A DNA stretch of 62,931 bases, filler included, from Octopus bimaculoides (lineage: Eukaryota), in assembly GCF_001194135.2 (NCBI RefSeq). It is 7 parts of 5 records of this genome, joined end to end, with 100 filler letters (N's around TTAATTAATTAA, not from the genome) between each part and the next. Parts side by side here need not be neighbours in the genome. Positions count along the whole stretch, not along the records: positions 36,393 to 56,639 come from NC_068991.1; positions 56,740 to 58,316 come from NW_026424336.1; positions 58,417 to 59,829 come from NC_068981.1; positions 59,930 to 62,931 come from NC_069004.1; 3 more parts are not named here. One strand, written 5' to 3'. Made by a program: the position numbers and the translations under genes. The notes beneath the pieces are model-generated. The model ran no database searches, was not told where the DNA came from, and saw only the letters and a program-made list of their open reading frames with translations. How positions within the stretch are numbered: position 1 is the first letter of the stretch; the number at the start of each line of letters is the position of its first letter. Shown here piece by piece: positions 50,900-62,931 of this stretch.

Positions 50900-51790
50900 T
50901 TGTCAGAGAACTGATCATGGAATTTGCGACCATCCACTCCTGGGTTGCTCAGGTTGTATGAGAGGGAGCAGAATCTTGCAGGAGCACGTACGGCCTTCGC
51001 CGAGCAACTGTCACGGTTTAAGGCCTGACAATCATCTCCGTTGTCTCAATGTAGATTGCTGTGTAGACTGCTGCATTGACTCTAGGACCTTGCTAAGAAA
51101 AGTGGGGATGTATGATATGGTTCTCATTGCTCACGACTCCTAAGAACGTCATTGAAGATGAGAACTTGGTGTGAACTTGAAGATGAGAACAGTGGGGCAG
51201 GCGCAGAGGCATACCATTCTGTCTATCCGCTTTTAGATCTTGGACAAAGTTCTTCTGATATCGAAAGAACTAGAACATATCAAACTCTCCAGGGAGCTTG
51301 AGTTTGCTCAGCAAGCGCTTCAACTACATTACACTATTCTTCCGGATGTTATCGGACATGAACTGCTATCTTCTCATATAGAATTTGTGCCTGATGTTTT
51401 CATGCACCACTCATCTAAACGTTGACTCCGACAAATGGAGATGTTTGGCAACAGCCTTCATTGACTTGCTAGAATTTTTAGTGATGATGCCCTGGACTTG
51501 TTGGACAAACTCAACCTTTTCTGATAATATCTAACCGCCATTTTTTTCCCTTCTAATGGTCATATAAAACCCATTACCGCCATAAGCTTGGAACACTTTT
51601 CGGATCTTAAACAAGAAGGACCTAATAACGTTTAAGTAGGTTGCAATCTCAGGACCACTGTGATTGGCGTTAAAGCGGCGGGAACGGCACGCTTTTTCAT
51701 CGCTTGCATTAGATGCGAATCTTCCATGGTGAGGTTGAAAAAGGAGAGGATATTTAAAGCTTGGGCCACTTATGGTTCTTAAAAGATCTG
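50900..51790 (-). mobile_element. DD37D/maT-type transposase relic (5' two-thirds)
   Basis: Minus strand reads EFVQQVQGII...SKSMKAVAKHLHLSESTFR*VVHENIR...QFMS...KRLLSKLK...FF.YQKNF.QD. Confidence 0.8.
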
Positions 51791-51850
51791 TCAAATAGCT
51801 GACGCATATTTTACACACGCACACACTGATAGACACACACACACAGACAC

Positions 51851-51883
<33 letters not shown>

Positions 51884-51912
51884 TAGACACACACGAGCAC
51901 GCACAGACACAA

Positions 51913-51952
<40 letters not shown>

Positions 51953-52009
51953 CTTAAGCAACATATCTGTGTGTGCGTGTTAATATATTTTTTAAATTAT
52001 GAGAAACTA

Positions 52010-52085
<76 letters not shown>

Positions 52086-52091
52086 AACTTA

Positions 52092-52132
<41 letters not shown>

Positions 52133-52498
52133 TATATTATATCATATTATATATTTTATATATGTATATCATAAAATATGCAATACATTACAGATAGCTC
52201 ATGCATCAGGATCAGCGCACACATTGTATACTAGACACTCCATAAAAATTAACCACATTACATGTAATAACGCAAAAAGGAAAATACAAAGAATTATAAT
52301 TTAATTTACATAATGCATAATAAAATACATTACGATATAAGTTGATATAACATAATGTAAATGAAGAAATGCAAATAGTATTGTAAATAGATGCACGTGT
52401 ATAAAATATATATACTATATATATAATTATGTAATGAATGAAATATATATTTCCCCCTCTCTCTCTCTCTCTGCTTCTCTCTCACTCTCTCTGTGTAC

Positions 52499-52540
<42 letters not shown>

Positions 52541-53096
52541 NNNNNNNNNNTATATGTATATAAGAACTTCAATGAATTTGTTGGAGTAAATCCTTTAATA
52601 TGGTGCTCCAGTATGGCAGTACCCCCTATGACTGAAACAAGTAAAACATAAAAGATACAGAAATAAATTTCTTAAAAACATACTTTCCCACTTTTCTATG
52701 TCAATGGCCGCTCACGCATATTACCTAAGTTATAAATGTAATGCGTTATACTACTGACGTCCATTACGTGAACAACAGCCAACAATCACGAACCACTAAG
52801 AAATAATGGAGCGCTAACTGTGCACTAGGATAGATCATTATGTTTTACTTTGTATCGGTTGTTATTTCTTCTTGTTTGAAAGATGTATTGAATAGATTGT
52901 TAACTATTAGGAAAAAAGATCTAGCGCTGGGGGATTAGATTTAATAAATATGGAACAGTGTTAGACAATGCAGAAAAATCAAATTGAATCAAACGCATAA
53001 TATTTATATGTATATGCGCGTGTGTGTATGTATACGCAAACTAATATATATATTTATAAACGCGTGTGCATATATCTATTTATCTATCTATTTATC

Positions 53097-53169
<73 letters not shown>

Positions 53170-53179
53170 NNNNNNNNNN

Positions 53180-53258
<79 letters not shown>

Positions 53259-53274
53259 GCATACATACACATGC

Positions 53275-53490
53275 ATGTAGATGACTGTATGATAAGAAGT
53301 TTGCTTCCCAACCACAATGTTCCAGGTTCAACCCTACTGGGTAGCGCCTGGGGCAAGTGTTTTCTACTATAGCCTCGGGACGACCACAGCTTTATGAGTG
53401 CACTTCGTAGACGGAAACTGAAAGCAGCTCGTTGCATGTGTGTGTGTGTGAATGTGTGTGTGTGTGTGTGTGTGAATGTGTGTGTGTATA

Positions 53491-53527
<37 letters not shown>

Positions 53528-54082
53528 CGTGGCTATGTAGTAAGATGCTTGCTACCCAACCACATGGTTCCGGGTTCAGTCCCACTGCGTGGAACCTTGG
53601 GCAAGTGTCTTCTACTATAGCCTCGNNNNNNNNNNNNNNNNNNNNNNNNNNNNNNNNNNNNNNNNNNNNNNNNNNNNNNNNNNNNNNNNNNNNNNNNNNN
53701 NNNNNNNNNNNNNNNNNNNNNNNNNNNNNNNNNNNNNNNNNNNNNNNNNNNNNNNNNNNNNNNNNNNNNNNNNNNNNNNNNNNNNNNNNNNNNNNNNNNN
53801 NNNNNNNNNNNNNNNNNNNNNNNNNNNNNNNNNNNNNNNNNNNNNNNNNNNNNNNNNNNNATATATATATATATATATATATAATTATGTGTCTATGTTT
53901 GTCGCCGGACCATCACTGACAACCGATGTTGGTCTGTTTACGTCCCGTAACTTAGCGTTTCGACGAAAAAGACCGCTAGAATAAGTCCTAGGCTTGCAAA
54001 GAATAAGTCCTGCAGTCGATTTGTTCGACTAAAGGCGGTGCTTCAGCAGGGCCGCAGTCAAATGACTGAAACAAATAAAAGA
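53275..54082 (+). mobile_element. Tandem SINE family A: two heads (53275-53435, 53525-53625) and one tail (53885-54082), split by microsatellites and a gap
   Basis: Repeated CCAACCACA(A/T)..TTCC.GGTTCA heads, each followed by (TG)n or N. Confidence 0.85.
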
Positions 54083-54094
54083 ATATATATATAT

Positions 54095-54233
54095 AGATGT
54101 TTTCGATGTAGTTTGGATTCTTTGCCATCAAATTTGAAATCTTTGCAATCAAATTTAATTGCAAAGGATTCATATTTGATGGCAAAGAATTCAAATTTGA
54201 TGGCAAAGAATCCAAACTAGATCGAAAATATCT
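54095..54233. mobile_element. Foldback element built from inverted ~21-bp subunits, inserted in (TA)n
   Basis: Perfect 30-bp IR at 54109-54138/54190-54219, extended by 14 bp with 2 mismatches. Internal TCTTTGCCATCAAATTTGAA-type units in both orientations. Confidence 0.75.
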
Positions 54234-54256
54234 CTATATACATAGATATATGAGAG

Positions 54257-54590
54257 GAGATCCCATTCGGTCATGAATGACCATGGGATTGCACCTAGAA
54301 AGTTACCTTCCGAGGCACAAGTCCGGGCAAAGTTGTTTATGGAAGGCCGGCAGTCGCCCATGCATACCAGCCTCCCATTTTCATGCCACCGATGTTATCC
54401 AAGGGAAAGGCAAAGGCCGATACAGCTTGGCACAAGTCATGTCGCTACTCATTTCTACAGCTGAGTTAACTGGAGCAACGTGAAATAAAGTGTCTTGCTC
54501 AAGAACACAACACGCAGCCCGGTCTGGGAATCGAATTCACAACCTCACGATCGTAAACTCGACTCTCTAACCACTGAGCCATGCGCCTTC
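54257..54590 (-). mobile_element. tRNA-derived SINE with a different, possibly LINE-derived tail
   Basis: Minus-strand head GGCGCATGGCTCAGTGGTTAGAG...GGTTGTGAATTCGATTCCC, central GTTCTTGAGCAAGACAC, tail ending in a CCCATGGTCA-TTCA-TGACCGAATGGG hairpin. Confidence 0.8.
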
Positions 54591-54620
54591 ACACATACAT
54601 ACATATATATGTGTGTGTGT

Positions 54621-54672
<52 letters not shown>

Positions 54673-55295
54673 TATGTATGTATGTATGTATGTATGTATA
54701 ATGTAGACACACAAATAGGTGGACTTAGCATACATATTCATATGCATATACGGTCATATCTACATACGTGCAGTACACACATACGCACAAACAAACACTC
54801 CAGAACACACACACACTCACAAACATACACATACACGCAGACACACACAGACACATGCGTGCGCACTCACACACACATGTACATGCACGCGCTCGAACAA
54901 ACGCACACACATACATACATACACACACACGTTGACATACACTCCAGCGCACGCGGGATTTCTGCTTACGACATCCTTTGACGTTCAAAAAGACTTGTCT
55001 TATTTGATTAAAATGGCGGAGTTACGGAATAGAAATGCGTTGTTTTTTTTGTGTTTTTTTTTTGTTTTTACTACTACGCCATTTTCTCATCAACGGCATT
55101 TCATCATTGAATTATGTGTATCGACAACAGGGTGGTGGAGTGGTGGTGGTGGTGGTGGTCCTTCTTATTTGTTACGACACTTACACCACTTCTTTCTCTT
55201 TCTCTCTCGTTCTCTCTCTCTTCCCCTCTCACTCAAGTTAAACAGAAGTATTAATAGAATGGTAAGCACGTAGAGCACTAGATATGTACAATGGG

Positions 55296-55351
<56 letters not shown>

Positions 55352-55439
55352 TGATAAGGAAAGAGACAAAGAGCGAAAGACAGAGACAGAGATAACAGAT
55401 GTGAAGAGATAAACATAATGGAGAGATAAACAGATATAC

Positions 55440-56300
55440 AAATATGCAGACGCACACATACACGCAAAGACATATGTATGCAGGCCTACACTCATGCTTA
55501 CACTCATATATATGTCCGTGTTTACGCACACATGCGCATACACATATACACACGCGCACATACAAATGCACACACGTACATACATGTGCACATACACGCA
55601 CGCCGACACACACGAATGCACATATATCTCACATATACCTCACACACACACACACTACACACACACACACACGCACATACATGCGCGTATACACAAACAC
55701 GCACATACATGCGCGTATACACAAACACGCACATACATGCGCGTATACACAAACACGCACATACATGCGCGTATACACAAACACGCACATACACACGCAT
55801 ACACNNNNNNNNNNCACACGCACATACATGCGCGTATACACAAACACGCACATACATGCGCGTATACACAAACACGCACATACATGCGCGTATACACAAA
55901 CACGCACATACATGCGCGTATACACAAACACGCACATACACACGCATACACACGCACATACACACACATACACAGACGCACATCTATGCACGCGCACATA
56001 CGCACAGGAATGCACATACACCTAACACACACAATTCCTCGCACACACACATACACACATACGCACACACATGCACACACATATGCACATACAAGCACGC
56101 ACACAGACATGAACTCACTCATACCTCCCCCACATATAACCCACACTCATGCATACACGCACACAATTACATATATATGGGCATACACTCACGCACACAA
56201 TCACTCATACATGGGTATACACACACTCACGTACACGCACACACATGCACGCACACGCAAGCACACAAACATGCAGGAACGCACATAAAACTACGCACAC
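55440..56300. repeat. (CA)-rich field containing a 28-bp minisatellite CACGCACATACATGCGCGTATACACAAA (about 4+4 copies around a 10-N gap)
   Basis: Units at about 55670-55790 and 55815-55935. Confidence 0.9.
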
Positions 56301-56740
56301 AACCCCCCCCCCCATACAACCCCACAGAACATGACATAACAAATAGGTGACGTAACATATCTTACGGCCGTTTCCGATCCGTTGTCAAAATGCTGTCATG
56401 GGACATTCGAATTAAGGCACGGAGCTTCGTCAGAGTAAAAAAGAAGTGCATACAATATACACAGAAACACGTATGTACACACATAAACACACACGTTAAA
56501 GTAACTCAGACTCTCACATAAATGCAATCCCAGCGCACACGCTCACACACTAACCTAGGCGTCTAGATTAGCAAATAAGAGGAAAAGTACTCCATACCAA
56601 AATACAGTGTATATATAAATATATATATATATATATATANNNNNNNNNNNNNNNNNNNNNNNNNNNNNNNNNNNNNNNNNNNNTTAATTAATTAANNNNN
56701 NNNNNNNNNNNNNNNNNNNNNNNNNNNNNNNNNNNNNNNA

Positions 56741-58316
56741 ACGAACGAACTTACGTACGTAAATACGTATGAACGAACGAACGAACGGACGCACGAAATA
56801 ACGAACGAACGTACGTAGGTACGAAAGAATGAGCGAACGAACGTACGTTCGTAAGTACGTACGTGCGTATGTACGAACGAACGAACGTAAGTACGTACGA
56901 ACGAAGGAACGAACGAAAGAATGAACGCACGTAAATACGTATGTACGAACGAACGATCGTACGTACGTACATACGAACGATCGTACGTACGTACATACGA
57001 ACGAACGAGCGAAGGAACTAGCGTACGAACGAACATTCGAATGAATGTACGTACGTATCTAAATACGTACCTAAGTACGTACGTACGAATGAACAAACGA
57101 ACGTACATACGTACGAACGAAAGAACGAACTAACCAAAGAATGAACCAATGAAAGAACTAACGGACGAACGGACGAACGGACGAACGTACGTACGTACGT
57201 ATGGACGAACGAAAGCATCTACATATACCCGGACGTACGAACTAACGAGCGTAACTACGTATGTATGAACGAACGAATGTACGTACGTACAAACGAACGA
57301 ACGAACGAACGAAATGAAAGAACGAGTGAACGTACGAACGTACGTAACTCAGATCGAAAGTACGAACGAACTAACGAATGAACTTACGTACGTACGAACG
57401 AACGAAAGTACGTTCCTACGTTATTACGTATGAACGTACGTTCTGACGAGCGAAATAACGAATGAAAGAACCCACGAACAAACAAAAGAACGACCGAACG
57501 AGAAAATAAACGTACGTACGTCCTTATGAACGAACGAACGTACATACATAGCTATGTACGAACGAACGAAAGAACGAATGAATGAACGAAAGAACGAATG
57601 AACGAACGAACGTACGTACGTACGTAAGTACGTACGCACGAACGAACGAACGTGGGAACGTACGTACGAACTAACGATCGAACGCACGTACGTATGAACN
57701 NNNNNNNNNNNNNNNNNNNNNNNNNNNNNNNNNNNNNNNNNNNNNNNNNNNNNNNNNNNNNNNNNNNNNNNNNNNNNNNNNNNNNNNNNNNNNNNNNNNN
57801 NNNNNNNNNNNNNNNNNNNNNNNNNNNNNNNNNNNNNNNNNNNNNNNNNNNNNNNNNNNNNNNNGTGAGTACGTACGAATGAACGATCTTACGTACGTAT
57901 ATACGAACGAACGAAGGAACTATCGAAAGAACGTACGTAGATAAGTGCGTATGAACGAACGATCGAATGTACGTACGTACGTACGTAAATACGTACCTAA
58001 GTACGTACGTACGAATGAACGAACGAACGGATGAACGTACGTACGTACGAACGACCGAGCGAACCAACGTACGAACGTAAGTACGTAGGTACGAAAAAAC
58101 GATCGAACGAAGAAACGAACGAACGAACTTACGTACGTAAATACGTATGAACGATAGAACAAACGAATGTACAAAATAACGAACGAACGTACGTACTTAG
58201 GTACGAAAGAATGAGCGATCGAACGTACGTACAGACGTAAGTTCGCAAGTACGTACGTGCATACGGACGAACGAGCGAAAGAACGAACGTACGTTCATAC
58301 GTACGAACGTACGAAC
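56741..58316. repeat. CpG-dense cryptic tetranucleotide satellite (ACGA/ACGT/ATGA)
   Basis: Direct reading; longer motifs recur internally. Confidence 0.95.
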
Positions 58317-59271
58317 NNNNNNNNNNNNNNNNNNNNNNNNNNNNNNNNNNNNNNNNNNNNTTAATTAATTAANNNNNNNNNNNNNNNNNNNNNNNNNNNN
58401 NNNNNNNNNNNNNNNNCCTCTTTTACTCTTACTCTCTATATTTTTATGTTGAGCGCGTGTGTAAGAATGGCGTTCCAGGTAGAAGGGATGAAATATAAAA
58501 GTTGCTAGAAACAACAGCCAAATCTCCCTTAAATCACACAAAGTAAACGGAATTTTAAAAATCTAATTACTGCACTGGAAAGTTCACATCGAGAAAATTC
58601 CATTGATGTAAAAATTTTTACGAAAAATTGGAAAATGTGGATTTCTATAAACTTTCAAAAAGGCTTCACACAGACACACAACTTCAGATTTATATATTAA
58701 GATATATCATCATCATTGTTTAACGTCTGCTTTCCATGCTAGCATGGGTTGAATGATTTGATTGAGGATTGGTGAAACCAGATGGCAATACCAGGCTCCA
58801 ATCTGGTGTTGATATATATATATACACACACACATACGTACATACATACAAGCACATACACACACATTTATCTGTATATTTTTTTATCTACATATTTTGT
58901 ATTGTGATTGTAAGTGTATTGTGAGTGTATCTTGTCTCTCACTGAATCTTTAGTTCTGTTAAAATGACACTTCACTCTGGGAATACATTATTAAACTGAG
59001 TGAAATGGTGAGAGTATATAGTGAGGAGCTTGTTTAAAAAAACCACCTGAAGAGGTGCATTCTACACTTGAGATATAAAATAACGATTGCACAACATCTC
59101 ATTTGTGAACTACTAAGTGTGAGAATGTGTTGAAACTATTGTAGTGGTTTTGAATAAAGAATCCTGTTAATTCCGTTTTCTGTTGTTTATCACACACACT
59201 CAAACACAGACACACACAGACACATACATACATACAGACAGACAGGCAGACAGACAGACAGACACACACAC

Positions 59272-59326
<55 letters not shown>

Positions 59327-59427
59327 AAACCTGCGATTTATTATGAGATAGTACAATAGCTACTCAACACTTGGAATTCATTGTTGATATCCATGTAAAT
59401 CCAAATATCACACATTATTCTGCTTTT

Positions 59428-59465
<38 letters not shown>

Positions 59466-60108
59466 CTCTGCACAGTTTCTGTCAAATGCAATCACAAGGT
59501 ATTAGTTGACCCCCACCTACAGTGGAATACACATGGTTAGGTGCCACACAGTGAGACTAAATATAAAAACTGCATAATTGAGAAGAGGGTTTCTAAATTA
59601 TATAGTTTAGATGTCTAAGCAGTGAACATCTCCACACTAATTCTATAAGAATGCTAACAGCGTATCTAATTATAATTTACACTCAATTATGAATGCATAC
59701 ATACACATATATGCATATATGCATACATATGTATATATATGTATATACATGTATATATATATATATATATAGATATGCACACACACACACACAAACACAC
59801 ACACATATATATATGTATATATGCATATANNNNNNNNNNNNNNNNNNNNNNNNNNNNNNNNNNNNNNNNNNNNTTAATTAATTAANNNNNNNNNNNNNNN
59901 NNNNNNNNNNNNNNNNNNNNNNNNNNNNNATATATATATATGTATATATATACATATACATATATATATACAGTTATATATTTTATATATATTTCTTATT
60001 GCGTGTGCTGTGAATATTTATAGACGTGTGTTACTATATACTCTACATATACATATGTATACATTTATACACATACACACACGTATATATATATATATAA
60101 ACAAACAC

Positions 60109-60147
<39 letters not shown>

Positions 60148-60166
60148 TGTTTTTATATATATATAT

Positions 60167-60197
<31 letters not shown>

Positions 60198-60694
60198 TGG
60201 GTTTCAGCCAAGTGGCTGCGGTCATATATATATATCTACTTAGCTACATACATATATATAATTACAAATTTCAGAAATATAGACTCACATATATATATAT
60301 GTGTGTGTGTTTGTGTGTGTACGTGTGTGTGTGTGTGTGTGTGTTTGTACGTGTGAGTGTGTGTGTGTGTGTATGTGCGTGTGTCTATAGTTCTAAAATA
60401 CAGCTTTGTCTTGCTGTACCTGTGTTGTATGCTGTTTATATTCCACGCTACATTTTGGAGGGTAGACGTTTTGTTTTCTGTCCGGCAGATCTTAGGCTTC
60501 GTGTGCGTGTGTGTGTGTTTGTGTGTCTGTGTCTGTGAGACGACACAATCTCTTTCACTTCAAATGATTCCTCGTCATTTCAAAAGTGGAGGTCACGGGA
60601 AATATAATAATTATATTCTTAATTATATTTTTAATTATACTTAATTATACAAAATTTTTCTCACTATTTGTCATAATAGATAGTGAGTGGCTAT

Positions 60695-60737
<43 letters not shown>

Positions 60738-60814
60738 CGTGTGCGTGTGTGTGTGTGTGTGTATGTGTGTAAATATGACAACGCTCAGTAGCGGGCAAAT
60801 CCTTCAACTCGTAT

Positions 60815-60995
60815 TTGTTACAGTCATTAGACTGCGGCCATGCTGGGGCACTACCTAGAAGAATTGCTTTATAGTCGTATGAATCGATTTTAGTTCGTAT
60901 TGTTTTAAGCTTTTTACTCCTTTATCAGTTCTTTTACCGAACCGCTAGGCCCCGAGTACATAAACACACTCGCACAGGTGAAGAAGCAGTGATCG
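60815..60995 (-). mobile_element. SINE 3' half
   Basis: CAGTCATTAGACTGCGGCCATGCTGGGGCAC = reverse complement of the shared tail. Confidence 0.8.
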
Positions 60996-61294
60996 AGAAT
61001 ACACACACATATATATNNNNNNNNNNNNNNNNNNNNNNNNNNNNNNNNNNNNNNNNNNNNNNNNNNNNNNNNNNNNNNNNNNNNNNNNNNNNNNNNNNNN
61101 NNNNNNNNNNNNNNNNNNNNNNNNNNNNNNNNNNNNNNNNNNNNNNNNNNNNNNNNNNNNNNNNNNNNNNNNNNNNNNNNNNNNNNNNNNNNNNNNNNNN
61201 NNNNNNNNNNNNNNNNNNNNNNNNNNNNNNNNNNNNNNNNNNNNNNNNNNNNNNNNNNNNNNNNNNNNNNNNNACACACACACGACGAACACAC

Positions 61295-62385
61295 ACATAC
61301 CTAACTGAAATGACTAGTTCTGCCTGTTTTGGACATACTACTGTTTGTTTCAGTTCTTGCAACCATTCAGCATCCTTCTTGTGCTCCTTGTCTTTGCTCT
61401 AGATGTCACTCCAAAACCTTTGACTTTCGATGTTATCTGGTATCAACTTTTCATCTGTACACCCTCTATTTCTTTCTTTATAGAATCTCTTCTGATCTAC
61501 TCTGAATAACCTATTCTGGTGGTAACCCTTCATTCTTTCTTCATATCTTATCACTTTTGCTTTCTTTGCAATGAGGCGCTGTTTCAGTTCCTCCACTACT
61601 ATTTTCAGACCCTTTCTTTCAATATTATACTTCATTTCCAGCGCCCTGTATTTTTGTTCGCTTTTAAGCTCCCGTTTCTCTTTTCAGTCTAACAGAGATT
61701 TCCTTCGAGAGCATGTCTAACCCTGCCTGAATTATTCTTTTCCACCATGGATCTTTTCTTTTGTCACTCCCATTATGTTTCTTTTCCTTGACATCAACAC
61801 TCACGTTTCCTGCTACAGCAATACTTGCTGCCTTGATCAAAATATTTGTTTCTGTGATGTTGTTGTTTGTTCTGATGTATTTCAGAATTTCATTGACATT
61901 TTTCGTTTCTTGGTTCAATTTCAATCGATCAACCTTTTTAAGGTTGCAAATAATGTCGCTATCGTTCTCCTGTTGTTTTGCCTTTATTCTGTCGTAGATT
62001 GCCTTTTGTTCATCTGTCATGTCACCATTAGTTTTATCATCTTCTTTTAGATCATCTATATGTCTCTCATCAGGTAAACTACCACTGCTCCTTTCCTGTG
62101 CTATGAGATTACTCTTATTAGTAAAAACTGTATGTTCATTGTTATCCCTGCTGCTATTTTCCAAGACCCATCTTTTGATAGCTTCGATCTCTACTTCTGT
62201 GAACCAACATTTTTTTCTTATTGCTCTAGCTTGATCACATAGTCTCTGTTCCGTGAGTTGAAACAATCCCTTTTCTCTCCAATGATCATACATGCGTTGT
62301 CGGTAACCCCTAATTTGAGCCCCATTTTCATCTGCCGGGTTGCTCAGGCAGTAACACTCCATGACCACAGCATTAATTCGCTTGC
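61295..62385 (-). mobile_element. N-terminal part of an R4/Dong-clade ORF (different subfamily), without RT or 3' end
   Basis: WSKRINAVVMECY..S.P...GYRQRM...W...QLTEQRLCDQARAIRKK, DPWWKR, EELKQRLIAKKAKVIRYEER...QNRLF..DQKRFY, FWSDI*...EH...AEWL. Homologous to 2950-3290. Confidence 0.85.
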
Positions 62386-62390
62386 TCCAC

Positions 62391-62470
<80 letters not shown>

Positions 62471-62931
62471 GTGCATGCAGAGAGATTGCGAGAGCAGTGA
62501 GAGAGAGGGGGGAAGAGAGAGAGAGAGAGGGAAAGAGAGAGAGAGAGGGAAAGAGAGAGAGAGAGAGAGGGAAAGAGAGAGAGAGGGGGAAAGAGAGAGA
62601 GAGAGGGAAAGAGAGCGAGAGAGAGAGAGTTAGGTAGGTAGGTAGGTAGGTAGGTAGAGAAATAGAGAGCATGCGCGCGCGAGGGAGGAAGAGAAAAAGA
62701 TAGAAAAAGAGATAGATGGTGAGACAGACAGAAAGAAAGATAGTGATAGATATAGTTACAGACACAGATATTCATAGAATTATGTGTGTGTGTGTGTGTG
62801 TGTGTACGTGGACTGAGGGGTATGTATGTATGTATGTCTGTTTATGTATCTATCTACATATCGATATATCATATATATACGCACAGAAACTAGCGCATAC
62901 ACACACATATATATATGGCATAATATACACA

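Noticed and set aside
53988-54215. ORF with LPSNLN repeats
   Set aside because: It is the translation of the foldback subunits plus SINE sequence.
54257-54380. HDV-like ribozyme in the SINE tail (hairpin followed by CGAA-TGGGA)
   Set aside because: I could not build P1, P3 or P1.1 in the required order; only a simple hairpin is supported.
55670-55940. Two near-identical 28-bp-unit blocks as a higher-order duplication
   Set aside because: They flank a 10-N gap and may be the same sequence assembled twice.
59040-59080. Hammerhead-like CTGAAGA-GGTG..CACT-TGAGA
   Set aside because: The GAAA core is mutated and no stem I or III can be formed; at best a dead relic.

Overview
AT-rich animal genomic DNA that is saturated with microsatellites and has many N gaps. 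The SINE families and repeat landscape look like an octopus/coleoid cephalopod draft assembly (inference). One host gene is supported: a + strand SLC22-like (organic cation/anion, MFS) transporter with three clean internal exons (31556-31764, 34085-34315, 35311-35513) and a probable first coding exon that starts at 25086 and runs into an N gap. No later exon is visible. Almost everything else is mobile DNA: four R4/Dong-type RLE retrotransposon pieces, three of them in (TAA)n tracts; several Penelope-like (RT + GIY-YIG) remnants; two minimal type I hammerhead ribozyme motifs (902-947 +, 27292-27339 -); Vingi-like and Tx1-like LINE relics; mariner and DD37D/maT relics; a near-complete FLYWCH-MULE transposase inside an intron; a solo LTR; hAT and pogo MITEs; two unclassified foldback elements (one with inward-facing telomeric repeats); many tRNA-derived SINEs; and a CpG-dense ACGA/ACGT satellite. 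Most ORFs in the supplied track are artefacts of N runs or microsatellites. Coordinates were read by eye and no database searches were run. I found no clearly new multi-gene system; the best leads are the ribozyme modules, the foldback elements and the microsatellite-targeted retroelement stack.
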